Source: Blasia pusilla
Taxonomy: Eukaryota
NCBI GenBank assembly: GCA_050084515.1
Contig: CM114271.1
Coordinates: 14,260,001-14,324,000 of the forward strand
DNA: 64,000 nucleotides
Direction: 5' to 3'
Position numbers and translations under genes: made by a program. Positions 11,701 through 26,958 of this stretch are shown here, piece by piece. The notes beneath the pieces were generated by a model. The model did no database searches. It worked only from the letters and a program-made list of their open reading frames with translations, and was not told the origin of the DNA. Positions within the stretch are counted from its first letter, which is position 1; the number at the start of each line of letters is the position of its first letter.

Positions 11701-14492
11701 AAGATTTCTTAAGCAAGATGACAAGTTTATTTGCACTACCATCTACAGCTACAAAGGCACTAGAGAATTAGCTTTGATTATATTTAATAGTTGGAAAAGG
11801 ATGAGATGTAAATATTAGCCCAAGAGATTCGATCAAAGAACTTAGGCGTAATTTTGTATGGAAAGAAGTCTGGTAAAACAAAACATCTTAATCTTATTGT
11901 GGAAGATCTTTAAAGGGAAGTATTGAATGCAATACAAATCGCCATCCATTTTGGAAGGTGAGCAAAAGTTCTCTTTACATCAATGATTGTAATGATTGCA
12001 TTTCAAACCCAAATAAGATTTCCTTTGAGCTTTCAAATTGAGGAATTGATGAACAATGGGAATAAAGGGATTACCCAAAAAAATAACACTCTTAAAGTTT
12101 CCTCCACTGATACTACACCTAAAAACTTTCCCTTGCATAAGTTGTATTTTTCCTCAAAAATATTTTTTAATTGGCAAGAACAAGTTTCTTGAGTAATCAT
12201 TGCTTTAAGTTCCAACTTACACCAATCTATATGCAATTGTAACGGACTTCTCTCGTCAATTACCTCAAGGTGGGCGTCTTTCCTTCAGCTCTTAGAAATT
12301 TTGTTTTGACTCTTCCTCAAGAATCTAAGTCAATTTTGCAAGTATGGTGGTGGTCACAATAAATCCCTTTTTCACTTCATTAATAACAAAACTTCCAATC
12401 TCATATACGCATGAATTCTATCATCATTTATGAAGGTTGGATGTATGAAATTGCCACTACTTTTGTTTCTTGTACTCATGCTCGGATTCACATGACCTAA
12501 ATACTCAAATATGATGTTCATTTGCTTGTTTAGATTTGATGATCAATCGATAAGATAACAATCCTCACACATCTACCTATGAACACATCTCAAGGTAGAC
12601 AATAGTCACAACCGAGTACAAATTCACTAATCCCTCAAGAATCACTTTATCTTTTGTATAACCTCTGCGCCTAACTTGGGTCTAATGGTTAACTTCCACA
12701 TAGCTATTATTGCAACACCAAGAATAAACAAGTAAAGATTAAGTTCTCCCAATCATATGTCATGAGAACTCATGAAGATGCTCTTCTTATGATTGACAAT
12801 CAATTAACTCCAACTCTTACTCCATGATTACCATCATACACAACACCTATTGATTTTTTTGCGTCTATCTAAAGTCATGAATACTCCATCCTTCTACACA
12901 ATCTCATCATCATCTACAACATACGTTGCACACATGGCCTCCAACTCACTTACATGGACTTGGAAATTAGGAGTCCCTACGGAGTAGTTTCATGGAACTA
13001 TGATACAAGGGCACAAGCTTTGCTTCCTCGAGTGTCTATATAGATTTTGTTTCTTTCGCTTTTAGCCCACTATGGCTTGCTCCTAGTGGTTATTGATGCC
13101 CTCAACTTGCTTGCATGTGCTTCATGCATTCAACTAGTATACAACTTATGCGTAACACATGACCAATAGTCATGCTGCCCAAAAATTAAGCAAACATGCA
13201 ACCACACTTGTAACACATCTCCAACTCTATGCTCTTCTCTCCTAAAGAGGACCATAGAGTTAATCTGGTTGGGTATGAAGCACAATTACTCTTCTTTATT
13301 TATATGCATGAAACAATAATTGAACAGAGTATCTCAAAGTAAAGGTTTGTGTGTTGGATTGTCACCCTGGCTAAGAAAAAAATGACCAAGATCACAATTG
13401 ACATGTTGGATGGGCTCCTCGGCTAAGGCCAAATGACAACCACTTGTACCGACCATACAGAAAAAAAAATTTTGCAGCCCTTTCTTATTGAAACATTTTC
13501 TCACTACCTAATTGTTGTAAGCCAATCACCTAATCGATTCCAAATCAAGAAATCATCCTCCCGCAACAATAAAGACGTTCCATCTCATGTGCAGATGGGG
13601 ATAATAGCATGAAGTGGTGATAGTTTTCTATCAAGAAATCATCCTCCAACAACATAAAAGATGTTCCATCTCATATACAGATGAGAATAATATGAAGTGA
13701 AAGTTCAGTATGTTCAATTGTGGAGAGGATAGACATTATTCATGTAATGGATCTTCCATGTAGGACAATTTAAGCAAAAGGGGAAATCGAAGTTGATTTT
13801 TGGATTTAAAAATAAATGATATTCACGTGTCTTCTTTTCTGGAATGAAATCATTTGTTGAGATTTATAATATCTCAAGGAGCATCGTACAAGTATGCTCA
13901 TACAAGATCATGAGGCCAAAGGCCCAAGAAATTAGTAGAAGCCAACCTGTTTCCCATTTTCCTGTGACTGATAATAGGTTTACAATTTTGATCTAGATAG
14001 CCTGCCTCTACAGTAGTACACCTTCGCCATCAAACATCTCACTATGAGATATTGATCTAACTCACATTTGGGCAGGTATCTGGGGTGACAACTCAAACAG
14101 ATGAAAGCATGTTAGAGCTACAATGGAACCTTTTGCCTCAAAAGATGGGTTCATTTGTAAACAGGAATCTGGAAGTTTTGGCACACCAACCATGTACATT
14201 CCCTGAGAAGCAAATGTTTGAAGCCATAAATTTTCCAAGGAGGTCTGTGTTACACGCTATGTCGCAACTGAAGCAGCTTCTCAAGGAGATGACAAGGCAT
14301 ACTTGGAATCTGTATTGAGACAAATATGTGCATTTCAGAAATGAAATCCCTACTCATTATGTCAACCTGGTATTCATCCTTCACTCCTTGTAAATGTCAA
14401 TACAAGGGTGGTTGTTGACAGCAACTATGAAGGACGTTCATACTCTGACACTTCAATCCTACTGTATCTCCAAAATCTCTTTCCCGGGTAAC

Positions 14493-17400
14493 TCATGTTC
14501 CCAATCGCTTTGCTCCACATTCAGAGCAATACTTGGATGTTTCACGTAGGTACTGGGCACCGCACTCGTCGCAGTATTTGGCAGGTGTGTTTGGCGGCTA
14601 TACACATGCCAAAGAAAGACAATCCACATTAGTAATTGGATTAACTTGCCTACTAGAGGTGAAGGGGCGAAAAGGTTCACAATGGAAATTCATTGAGATA
14701 TTCTCAGAACCCAATCAAACTCTTAGGTCTACAACTAATGTAGTTTAAACCGTGTCTTGGTGTGGAATTAGTGTTCTTCCTTTCACTGATACCATCTGCT
14801 TATGCTTGACAACCTCTTCATCATCGTGGACCCATCTACAATGTTCAAAAGGTTTCTTGATGAAAGATGAGGTCCTGATGATGTTGGCCTTCTGTTTAAC
14901 TCTGCTGATAGCGAGCCTGTCAGGAGAACATTTATGGTTTGAGTAAACTTTGGCCTGATAGACAAGATTCAAGTTCCTGATGGGAGAAAGAAGCCATCTT
15001 GTGGTTTTTTGAGAGGAAGTTATTCTAGGGATGAGAGGGTGGGGGATTTCCGAGTAGGCCAGCAGGAGCTTGAGAAGATCATAACATAGATTGGCTATAA
15101 ATTAAAATTGGTAGTGGGATTTGTGAGGTAAAGTTTTTGTTCGGTCTTAGATATTTTATAAAACAGAAAGTCTATCAATGCTGAATGGTGATACATACTA
15201 AATGTAAGGAGTGATGTTTTGAACATTGTAGATGGCTAAGTGACAAGAAAGTGAACAAAGAGATCGACAATTAGAGCAAAACTGACAGACCAGATCCCAG
15301 TTCACAACTTCTGATGGACTTCAAGTTCACATACTGACTAAATTGTGCGACCCTTGTTATAGAAAATATGAGACAGAAAAGCATTAACTGCAAAGAAACA
15401 CTACTGCTAATAATCTCAAACTCATTGATTGCAGTAAATCCTCAGAATACTCACCATAACCAGCATGACTGGTACTCCACCTGAATGCATCACCGGAGAC
15501 TGAACATGGGGTGGGGTGTGAGGAGTATGCTGACTGTGGGGTGTATGCGGATTCATGGAAGCATGCAATGAATGGGATGCATGAGTAGGTGTATGTTGAC
15601 CATGATTCGTATGAGCTTGTGCTAGTAAATGTACAGGGCAATGAGGTTGGTGTTGATGTTGGTGTTGTTGGTGTGAATGCTGGTGAGGTTGCTGTTGCTG
15701 TGCTTGAAGTGGCTGCCACACCAATCAAAAGTTTGCAGTTAATAAAAAACCAATCTACATGTCTCACATGAGAGGAACCATCATATGATTCACTGGCATA
15801 GATTCTCATTTCAACCATTCATCTAGACATCGCATTTCTCAATCACCATACTGAAGCTCTCATGCACATGATCAGAATACTCGAACCATCTGTTCCGTAG
15901 AATGTTCTATGACATGGTGATATGCCTTCAATTGGAGGAATGGTCAATGCTCCGAATTTGATCATCCACTTTAAGTAAAGACACACATGTCTATGTATGG
16001 AGGCATACATGCACTCCAGTTTTCCAACTACTGGTCAAACTGGCAATTTGACCTCAGCTGTTGATCACAAAGTTTCAAATCATAATTTAAAAGCTCCTTG
16101 ACCATGCCTGGGATCTGCTGTGACATTATTCTCTATACTGCAGGCATCAGGACAAGGAGAAGTTCGTACACAAGCAATATTGATTCTAATTCAAAGAATG
16201 TACCTGGTGATTCCATTACTGGTTGGCCAGACAATATCTATTTGATATGTAAGGAGATAACATACCGGTGAGCGTGCACCCATACTTCCAGAATCACCAG
16301 ATGAGAACTGCTGGCCAGACACATACTGAATAAGTATTCTACAAAGTTCGTTCAAACCAGCTGAACTCATCTTACATTCTTTCAGAAACACACGGCTCCC
16401 TGTCAATGCAGGGATGACACTGACAAACAGTCACTGCATCTCTTGAAATTCCCTAAGAGGCTAACCTTCATGGCATATATGTCTAGAGTCTGAAACAACA
16501 AACTTGACCCAGTCGCAAGTTGAAAGGATAAAAATGAGCCAAATTAACCATAGAAGGGTGCTAAAACCACGAAGGAAGCACAACAAGAAACGAGTGGTAA
16601 AAGGGTAGAGAACAGTGGAGACTGCCATAGTTGAGGACCAGCAAGCCTGATTGAGATGTCGGTGGTTGATTTTGAAATAAAAAAGCAAGCTTGAATTCAG
16701 AGCAGAAAATAGACATGGCGTTTGTATAGTTATTGTCACCTAGTTTAAGACGTGTACTATCTATTTAGCTAACGTTGACCACTTTAAGACATGTACTACA
16801 TAATTATTACTAATCTTCCTCACATAATTAGGTGGCTTCAGCCAACTTTCCACTAGTAGTAATTTTTTTCCGGTGTAACAGAGAATCAGAGTGCTAGCAG
16901 ATGAGACCTCCACAAAAGGGAGGATCTGTCTATGTGGCAGGTATCCATCCAACAATGGACTCCTTTCAAACTTTTAGAAGTATTACAAGTACTCAGAGTA
17001 CTGACATGTGCATGTTTCTGAAGTCTTCTTGAGGTAAAACTGTCCATTCAAATTGTAGTGATACAGGCTTCACAATTTGAATTAACATGCTGATACAAAG
17101 CAGACTCTTGCACAGACTAAATTGTCTATAGTGGAACAGATTGTTACATAGGTGGTTCCACTGCTATGCATGCTGGAATCTCCCAGAGGAAAAGGGTTCC
17201 ACATTTTGTAACCAATTTTACAGATACACTACATCTCTCAATGTTCTATTATATGCTACCGGTTCTGCATGCATTATGCCATAGCATTTATTTATTGAGT
17301 TTGTTTTGTATCACTTTGTCAACAGATACAGTCAAGTTTGGATGGGTGGAGAGCTTCCAGTAAGCACAACACACACTTATATTGAAAATCTAACATTTTC

Positions 17401-20400
17401 AATATAAGTGGATCTTTCACAGTTTGAAATGTTCGTACTCTCAGTGGATGACAGGGATGCTGCAAAGACCACCTGCCTCTGTATAAAGCAATGGTTATCT
17501 GTCTTCTGTTTTGAACAAAATTGACGCTTGCAAAGACACAAGAGAAATATTCCCAACACTACAGGGAACATGGAAGAAATGAAATTAATTAAACAGAACC
17601 CAAGAAAGACACACTGCAATTTGCCATTACCAAAGACAGGATGGTACAAATGAGACCCAAATCAGAGGATTCTTGCATCTTAATTATGAGAGGTAAGCTC
17701 CACTTCAAACGTGTCAAATACAAGATTGATGATAATGTATACTCCATACCTGCTGTCGCAAAGGTGGGGGAGGAGGTAGGCTTGTTGAAGGCTCTGGAAA
17801 AGGCTGCACATAAAAACCCATTCACTTTCTATTGTCTAGGTCCTTTACCCTCAAAACAGTTTGTTACCAATAATTTTAAGATAAATGTATAAAACTCTTC
17901 TGTCACTCCATACTACCCAGGGTTCTACCAACAGTACAGGTTGCTAATAGAAATATGAAGAATATAACCAAATACAGAGGATGCTAAGGTGAAACAGTAC
18001 AGCATAATTGATAATGCATAAGAAAGAACTGCAAAGTAGTAACAAAACAGAAGTCAGTCTCACCGGGAGGACAGAAACATTAGAAAGTGTATGCTGAGGA
18101 GTACGGCGATGTTTAACCCTTGGAGAAAAAAATTTGTAGTCCCTTGCTGAGATGGTAGCTTCATGCCTCCCTGTTAAGCGCTTGAACCTGACAGTCGCAC
18201 ACTCCCCGTTAATTAAATTAAGAATGATCACTTCATGAGCCTTCAAAAAGCAAGGTAATGATGATAAGTTTCTAGTTTGGTCATGCCCCGGGACTAGTTG
18301 GTTAGATACTTAGCAGGACACAAGTTAGAACTCCTATATTTTCTCGGGTAATCCCGAATTTGGGTTAGTCACCATCATGTACTCAGGGTTTGGATCTGTT
18401 TAGGAAGATCTAAGGATCTTATGTGTATAAAATCTCTGCTTAAAGTCAGAAGATTATTCTACAGCAAGCACAACTTTTGGTGAGAACTCCTTAGGCTCTT
18501 GGTGTGTTGTGCAGCACTGGCCCTGCTGCAGAGTGATCTGAGACTGTATTCATTAAGTGAATTTAAGAAGCTGAATGTGTAGACAAAAAGTTCTTCAGTT
18601 CTGCTTGTTTAGGATATCCAGTCAATAGAGCGAGAGAGGTTAGACATTTTCATGGCTTCCTCCGTGTTTTTCTCCTGCAATCGTTTGCCCACTGCTTTGG
18701 TCATGGTATCCACAAATGGTTTCTCATCTTGCTCCCACAGTTTAGGCCTGCAGGGAGCTTGGTTGCTTGCACAATCTCTTGAACCTTTTTCGTCCAAGAT
18801 TTGGCCTGCTTTACTGGCCACCTTTGGGTCCAAATTTTCCCCATCGGTACGTTAGGATAGCCATGGGAATCACTTGCTTCCAGCGTGATCTGACAGACTG
18901 TACTCATTAAGAAGTGCCTGTCGTAGCCTGTCGATGGCATGTCCTGGTTGTATGGTGCGAGTGATCTGAGAGAAGAGAGTCTGAGTTTGTTAGCAGGCTT
19001 CACTACAAGGCAGGTCGTTTGTTCAGCTAGCTGATGGAAATCATTTGTGCTAGGGAATGAGACCCATGTTTGATCTATGAGCTGGAGACAAGTTGGATCT
19101 GTGTTGTGAGTGCAGGGTGGGGTGGGGTGGGGTGGGGTGACCATGTAGAATCCTCCTTAGAACCTGACAGAACACGAGGAGAGCCACATGAAGACAGTGG
19201 TCTGATTAGACAAGTGAGCTGTAACTGATTTGCTGATTGTACAAGCTGAAATGATGGAAGTGTTAGCTGAAGCTAGTTCTGATATGGCACCAGAAGATGG
19301 GCCTGCTGATCTACCTTTTCAACAGGTAATACAAACCAAATGTCACTGAAACTTTTCGAGACATATCTGATGAACCACTGACCAAGTCTAGCTATAGAAC
19401 CCTGGCAGTCCTGCAGGTTGAGTCTGCAAAAGACGGTGGATGATCTATACCAATGTTGGCATATAGTCCACAAAAGCCAAAGGAGCTACCCTTACCATTC
19501 AGCGTCCTCCTGAGGCAACCGATTTGGACGCTCCACAAGTTCAAGCCCATGGACAACCACAAAGCGCACTCGCTTCTCATCACCTGTCACTAATTCAGGA
19601 AACTTGGTTCTTGCCTCCAATGCAGAAGCCATTTCTCTCCGTTTAAAGGTCATGGAGCCTCCTGGTTCAAATTCCAACATATGTACATGTCATGTCGGTC
19701 CTCCACAAATTGGTGAAATAAGAGCATGCTCTTATTTCACAAATAAGAGACAAAAGGAGCGAGGAGGGTCCGAGCTCAAGCACCAGCCTTCCCTACCACC
19801 AAGACAGAGCAAAACAGAGAGACACAGTTTTTACCACAACAATACTCGAGAACAACTGTTATTCATGGGAGCTTATCCTGATGTACCACTCACCTGATTT
19901 TGGATATCTCTTAACAAGCCTTCTGTACAACCCCCCTGCAGCTTCAAGTGCAACACCCATTGTCTTCTCATGAATGCCCTCGACCGTAACCAACCTTTGA
20001 TTTATTTCATGAATCAAAGTTTCATAGAGATTTGCCACAAACGTTAATGGTAGCAAAAATCTTGGATCCCCTTCATACTGCTGATCTCTTGGCCTCTTCT
20101 TCTTCAGCTTCTCCTTGCTGTTAGGACTATTATAATTGGTCTCAGTTGGTGACTCTGGTGTCGGCACAATATGATGTGTAATGAAGTGATCAATGATGAT
20201 TTGCAAAAACCTTGCCCTAGCAGTTTCAATAGGTATTACATCTGCTCAACACAAAAGATTAATTAACTTCTTATTCTAAACATGGGAGCAGACCAGTCCC
20301 ACAATTTTGAGTCCAGTGAGTTCCAGAAAGGATCTACATCAGGTACAAATTTTTAATGGGGTTCCTGATTCTACACTGGTAGAATCAGGAGATATTGATG

Positions 20401-21496
20401 TCCACAAGAATATAGCTTGAAGTTGACGAAGTTGAATGATCAATATCTCCTGAATCCTTACAGATCTCAAATCTTGACCGAATAAGAATAATTCAATGAA
20501 CAAACTGCAGAAAGCTTGATAGAGTCAGGCGCTAAATTTTATTATATGATTTACCTCATCATTCGCAAATTGCCCTTACTGGCACTTCATTGCGGAACTG
20601 AAGGACAGTCTCAGAGAAAAATTTACCCAACCTTCCACTATGAAACAGCCATCATTTGCACCTCAGAAGGAAATTCTACTTGACAAGTATACCAAATCTT
20701 TTTTTCAGTATGGAACTTGCCCTGAAACTATTACTATGGAAACAATGGGAACTTACCATTCAGTGTCAACACACCATACGGAGATCTTGGAGGCTCATCC
20801 CCCTCTAGCGGCATTGGATGATCTGTCTCTGGACCGCTGACACTCTGTAGGGCAAGTGAATTGCCATATGACTGGGGCACACAACCCTGATACCATCAGC
20901 AGGTGAATATTCAGGGTTTAATTTGAAAGCAATCTTGCTGGTCTAACACGTAAATTTTCCTGGGAAAAACATAGATAGTTGTTGCAATTTAGAAGTCAAT
21001 ATGGCACATGGAGGAGAGTTTCTCAATTTAGCAAGATAGATTAAATTTACGAGATAAGGAAAGCATCCTCTTAGTTGCTGACTTCGGCCTCTGCAAGATG
21101 GATGACCGACTTCACCAAGTTTCTGGACCTAAGACCAAGAACGCACGGAGGTGAGGTCCATTTGATCCGCGACAGTTCCACACCTTGCATTGGCAGCGCT
21201 GAAAGAGGAAGGAGGGTAGCAGGGATGTTGGAAGAAAGGAGGCAGAATCAGCTTGATAATAATAATAAGCACTTGAGATGGAGTAAAAGATTAAGAGCCG
21301 TCTTTACCCCAGAGTTGGAGTCCTCTTCGTGGTCCAAACTATCGCCAGTAGGAGCATCCCGATCAGCTTCTGTTATGCCTTCAAGATCCCCATTCCTAGA
21401 GTCTACGGTGTTGAGATCATGTAATGCGTTAACAACTAACATGTTTCCAGAGTTCAAATTATAGTGGGAGCCAGGACCACCCACTCGGCTAGCCAT
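14493..21496 (-). CDS. Conserved plant protein, homologue of Arabidopsis At2g02148 (C-terminal CxxC...CxxC zinc ribbon), 8 coding exons
   Basis: GT-AG exons in phase: 21496-21308, 20886-20757, 20241-19894, 19661-19496, 18187-18064, 17803-17750, 15712-15455, 14597-14493. Peptides LHDLNTVD, PIETARARFLQII, YEGDPRFLLPL, GVALEAAGGLYR, EKRVRFVVVHGL, WFKRLTGRHE and PAKYCDECGAQYLRETSKYCSECGAKRLGT* match the family as I recall it. Confidence 0.88.
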
Positions 21497-24400
21497 TTCA
21501 GTGTGTCCAAAAGTGGAGGCCAACCCGGCTCACTTGTGTAACTTACATTCCTATTGAATCAAGTGAAGTTCAGGATCTGAGTAAGCCGTGACACTTCCTC
21601 GTGCTGAGCTGGGTCCCAATGATGATGATGGGGGGCAAAGATGAGGTGAGGTAACCATACTATTAACCACCAGAATTTGCTGGAAAATGTTGATTTCCAC
21701 ATCTCCACCATCACGTACATCACCTTTTCGAATCCTTTTCTTGGATATGGCATGGAAAACCCAAACCTTCACACAACATTCCCACCCATGACCGAAAAAT
21801 TTAGACTTTACGTTATTTCGCGATGGAGGAGGCGTAGACTGCAGATCAGAATTTCAGTCTCAAAGATTGCCTTCTTGACTACGTCAGTTCATCAAGTCTT
21901 TGAGAAAATTTCCACTAAACAGGTTGCAAACAGGTTCACATGTTTGAAGAAGTTGACAAACTTAGGGTCGACTACATGCATACAAAACGACCACATCCCT
22001 AATTAAAAATTCAGATGAATATATCTTTGCGGAATGAACCCACCAAGATCCTGAGCCCTAGAGGATACGGGGGATCCGAACAGTGCAAGTATAGTACTCG
22101 ATGACAAGGAAGGTTCATAAGATAAAACACAACTCTTTTAAAATTAGAACCGATGTCCACCCAAGATGACGATAACTTTCTCAGCACCCAACGTACAAAA
22201 TTGCAGCAGTTGCCAACCGCACGTACGACCACCCGATAATCAACCATGAGGAGCCACAAACTGAAGCTTCCGACAACAGATTCATGGGCTTTCTGCGCCC
22301 TTTAGCATCTCTGATCTCCCCCCCTTCCCCCACTACTGCTCCACTTAAGCCACCCCAACCCCACCCCGACTCCCCCCGGAAACCCCGGGGGGAATCTTTG
22401 ATCTTCGTCAGAACTGCACACCTCTCCCCCCTCACATCTCTTCGTAGAATTGGACCACTCCCTCTCTCGAATGATGCTCTTCTTTGCCTCACTTTCTTTC
22501 GGTCCGGCACTCATCGGGGGACGCGGGTCGACCGAGAGAACAAGAAGACCGAAGGACGACATACAGGCACCGGAGGTCCCGCAGGTTCTTCTTGGCCACA
22601 TGCACGATGAGAAACCAGGTAATTCATTCCAAAGACACGAGAGTAGAAGCAAAGTGGACACAAGCAAAGCAATCAAAGGAAGGCCCATGAAAGTCCAAGC
22701 CGACCCACATAAACAACGACGAACCCCAACCACGGAACACACCTGCCCAACCGACCAAAAAAACCCCAAAAAAGCACCGATTGCACCATTTCTGCGAGAA
22801 TTGCACAAGCACGAAGGAATCGCAACCTCTGCATCTAGCTACGCGATGGCAAGCTTAGCACAATTTGAATTTCAAACCAAGCAGAGAGGAGGCTACAAGG
22901 CCGGACCCGTGGCTGGCACCATAGCTGCTTCTCGCCCCTCCCACCGAGCCTGCACGTTTGCTTCTTCCATTCCCCTTCCTCTACTCCCCAACCCTCCTCT
23001 GCGCCTTCTCCCGTGCCACCTCATCCCGCCTGTCTGCTGACTCACCCGGGTCCCGGCCATTCCTGTCACCTTTCACGCTGGACCCTAGGAAACGCCCTCT
23101 CCATCCATCCATCCATCCACCCACCTACTCACCGTGCGCTGTCATGTCGCGAACTCTGGTTCTCCCTCTCCGTCTATCCTCTTTCACGGCTCCTCCTCCC
23201 CCCTCTGTTCTCTTCCCTCCCGGTCCCCATCGGTCAGCTGCCAGCACACCCTCGCAGGCCTGCCTCCTCTCCTCAGTCGGCTCCTCCTTCCCTTCCCTTC
23301 CCTTCCCTCCCTCCCTCCATCCATCCATCCCGCTCTCCCTGCTGCCTCCACATGGATACATACATGCATACATCCATGCGTGCATGAGACGGGGCGACTT
23401 GCTTCCCTCGAGCTTTTCACCTGCTCCCCTGGCCTCGCCTGGGCTCGCCTCGCTACCGTACCTCACTGGAGGGACCGTCGCAAGGCTGCCTCGAGCCATA
23501 TGGTGGTGCTAGTAGCGATGCGTGCGCGGAGAGGTGGTTTTGTCCCCGTTTGGTCTCATAGTGACATAAACCGCCGTGCGTGGGTGGACCGCACGGTTTC
23601 ACCCTCTTCGCACATTCCCATGGTGGCGGCTATAAGTAGTCATTTCTTTCAAATTTTCGGAAATTACTCATTTATATATTATTATTAGAGAACGTCTTTT
23701 CATTTTGAGATCCCCTCTCTCCTCTTCACACATGTCATTCTTAGTAGATAGAATACATTTTAGATGGGTACTTCAAAATTAAATATTATTTTTAAATCCT
23801 GCATCGCAAGGGCATATTCTCATTCTAAGGTGACTAGTCGACGACCACCTGTGTGAACGGTGAGTACCATGCAATACATCTAGATGATTCTCTAAATTCG
23901 TTAGAAACTATCTAATTAGAGGTGATAAGTGTCACAATTTCAGGCTATCTGAAAAGGCATGTGTTGTGCCTCGAATGCTCTTGTTCATGAGAGGGTTGTT
24001 GCTCAATATAAAATAGATTGGACAACTCATCGTTAGCCGTGCTCGCACTAGCTGATGCCAGTGCTATGCATGAATGTCTAATTTTGAATTCAGCAATCCT
24101 ATAGGCATAGACAATTGAATTCGAGCGATCTATTGGGTAAAAAGGATATGTGTCAAAAGGAGACGTGATCTCAAAATGAAGAGGCACTCTCCAATAATAA
24201 GATAGATCTACATAATAAATCTTCATTTTAGATTGGTTAGGGTAATTTTAGGGTGTCCTTGCTTGCAGGTGTTTTAAGTCAATACTAGTGTACAACCAAT
24301 GCTTTGATTTCCAAGTAGGTTCCTTGTTCGTGGTTATTTTAAGTGAACACTAAAGGATATATGTGCCATACACGAGCTAATGATGAGTTGTGGAGGTTTG

Positions 24401-26958
24401 CTCTAAATTAGTTAGATGTGATTAGCCTTCTTCTACGCACCTTCTATACATGACCTTATCAAGACCCAATCCTTAGGGTGTATGTATGAATAAGAGTTAC
24501 TCCAAGATGCCCTGGGTGTGGGGGGCTGAATCATTTGTGTTACATGCCACTAACTAACTTTGTCACTTTTATTTTTTTTGTCAACATCATACTATAGGAA
24601 AAGAGGGCGATTGAAATCTGGATCCAATTGAGAGGTAGACTAGGTAAAAGGAGTTGGAAAGTAGCACAAAATTTTCAAGCAGAAATACAAATAGCCCACC
24701 TTAGAGCATCAAATTTTCCTAAATTTGAGGGAAAAGATTTCAAGTTGGGAGCATAGAATGATATTGGTTCTCCAATCAAGAGGACTTATGAAGATGGTGG
24801 AACAAGCCTTAAAAGCCTATCATCTTAGAATTGATATGATGCAATGGAGATCTATTGCCCATAATATAATTAATGGTAGCAAAGAACATCCATTTCCCAA
24901 ATAGAGGCATCCAACATGATTAGAGAATAAAGTGAAAATTTTGAGGAAAAATTTATAGAATCGTGCCTACTTCCTTGATACAATTATTATTCAAGAAAAT
25001 TTGAGTTTGCGCTCAATTCTTTCCACGTGGATCATTTTAAGGCTTATAATAATAAAATTAGCTTTTGGTATGGGGAGTTGGAAATGAAATTTATCATTTA
25101 ACTTGGGAAACACACATGAATTTGGCGATGAAGATGCTTGTCTAAAATATGGGGAGTGAGATATTAATTGCAAACATATGGAATGTTCTAGCTTATAAAT
25201 TAAACTTTGAATTTTTTTGTGTGCAACACAAGCATACTCACTCATAGACATGAGAAATATAACAACAAGTTAGGGAAAAAGAGATTTTAGTTTTTGTTCC
25301 TAAGCTTTTGGCGATTAATGTGGCAAATTTCCATGTTTTTTAGCACATGGTGTGTGGTGGATTTTTTACCTACATCTCTTAAAATAATGAATGGTTGGGA
25401 ATGAATTTAAGAGTATATCCCATTTATCTCTAAACTTGAAAATTTGTCGCCATCTAAGCATTGGGTTGAGACTAGACTAGCACAAAACTTGTGCTCTACA
25501 CAAAATGAAAATTTAAGTAGACATAATAGTCACATTAATGTAACTATTAATTTTTGGGAAATATTCCCCAAAAAACGACCCATAAAGAAAAAAAATAGAA
25601 ATAGTTTCTTGCTTCCATAATTAATTATAAAGGCATCTTGTATTAATTGTTAAAATGAGATTCAGCGGTTTGAGTAATATTTTTTGATGTAGATAAAGGC
25701 ATGGAAACTCTTTTCTCACCTACATTTGGAGGCATGGCACCACACCATGGGATTGGACTCCTAACATATTTAGCACATATTCTCATGGTTACATCCCATC
25801 CCTATTTTCACATGTAATATATTTTGGTGGTATTTAATCTATGTCTTACTTTTGTAATCCATTTCCCCATCGTTTCCACCTTGAGAAACAATTTTGACTT
25901 TGGGCGTTGTCCCTAGGTAGATGCACCTTGCAAGTCATGTTGTATTGGGACCTAAAAATGATCCTCAATTCCTACTTTTTAAGATCATCTCAACCTTGAA
26001 AATTAGATTTTCATACTTCTTTGGTATATACCATTTTATGAGAGATATCCATGATAATCAACTATCAAGGTGAACAAAGTAGCTCTGCCATGATTGTCGT
26101 ATCTCAATTAAGTTTTGAAATTTTGCCACATGACCAAATGGGATATTCAAAGAGGTGCACAATTACAAAGATCTTCATAATCTCCCAAAATAAGATATAA
26201 TCCTCTTTCATTTGACCTAATCTTTTGTATTCTTTGACGAAAAATTCCATACACGGTAAAGAGGAATATATGTGTGTTGTCGCCTCTTTGACAATCGTAG
26301 TGCTCTTTGTTTTGTTACGTACCTTGATCCCTACAATGACATATAAATTTTTTTTATTACGTGTCACTTGAGTGTAAGTCCTATTAGGAATTTGTGTTTC
26401 ATTAATTTTTGTGATTTCCATGCAACTTCATTTCCTCTCCTTCTATCCACATCATGTTACCTTCCATCCCTCTTAGTCACCCTTGATCTATACACGAATA
26501 TACGATATGTCCTATTTTATCCCCTTAAACTTGTCCTTTTCATAAACCATATAAGTATCCCAAAATCTTTTTTAGCACCCTTTCTCCTTAAATTAGACTT
26601 TTCTTGTCAGCTAGCCAAGAGGTAACTCATACCAAAATCTTGCAAACGCAAGGGTACATTTGACTAACATATGCCGCTCCCAAGCACACATGTCTGTTCT
26701 TATGAACAACTTACAAATTATAGAGTAGTTAGGTTGGTATCACAAAGAGAGGGATGCATGCCTCAATACATCAACATGAGCAAGATTTCCCCAATTTAGA
26801 ACATACATGATTGATATTCTCCAATATGATGTCGTTACCGATATGGTCATGTTTGAGAGGACATGACATATTACCTTGCTGTGAACCCTAATATTATGGA
26901 GAGAGACATTGGCTCTCTTATTGACCCTCAATTATTCAAAAAATCATGAGGGGATGGT

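Noticed and set aside
9100-13300. Additional TE remnants
   Set aside because: AT-rich and CpG-depleted, probably old repeats, but no assignable domain or termini.
22181-23688. Many overlapping 100-196 aa ORFs
   Set aside because: Low-complexity pyrimidine-rich and (CCAT)n DNA with no recognisable domain; best read as the 5' leader or promoter of the At2g02148-like gene.
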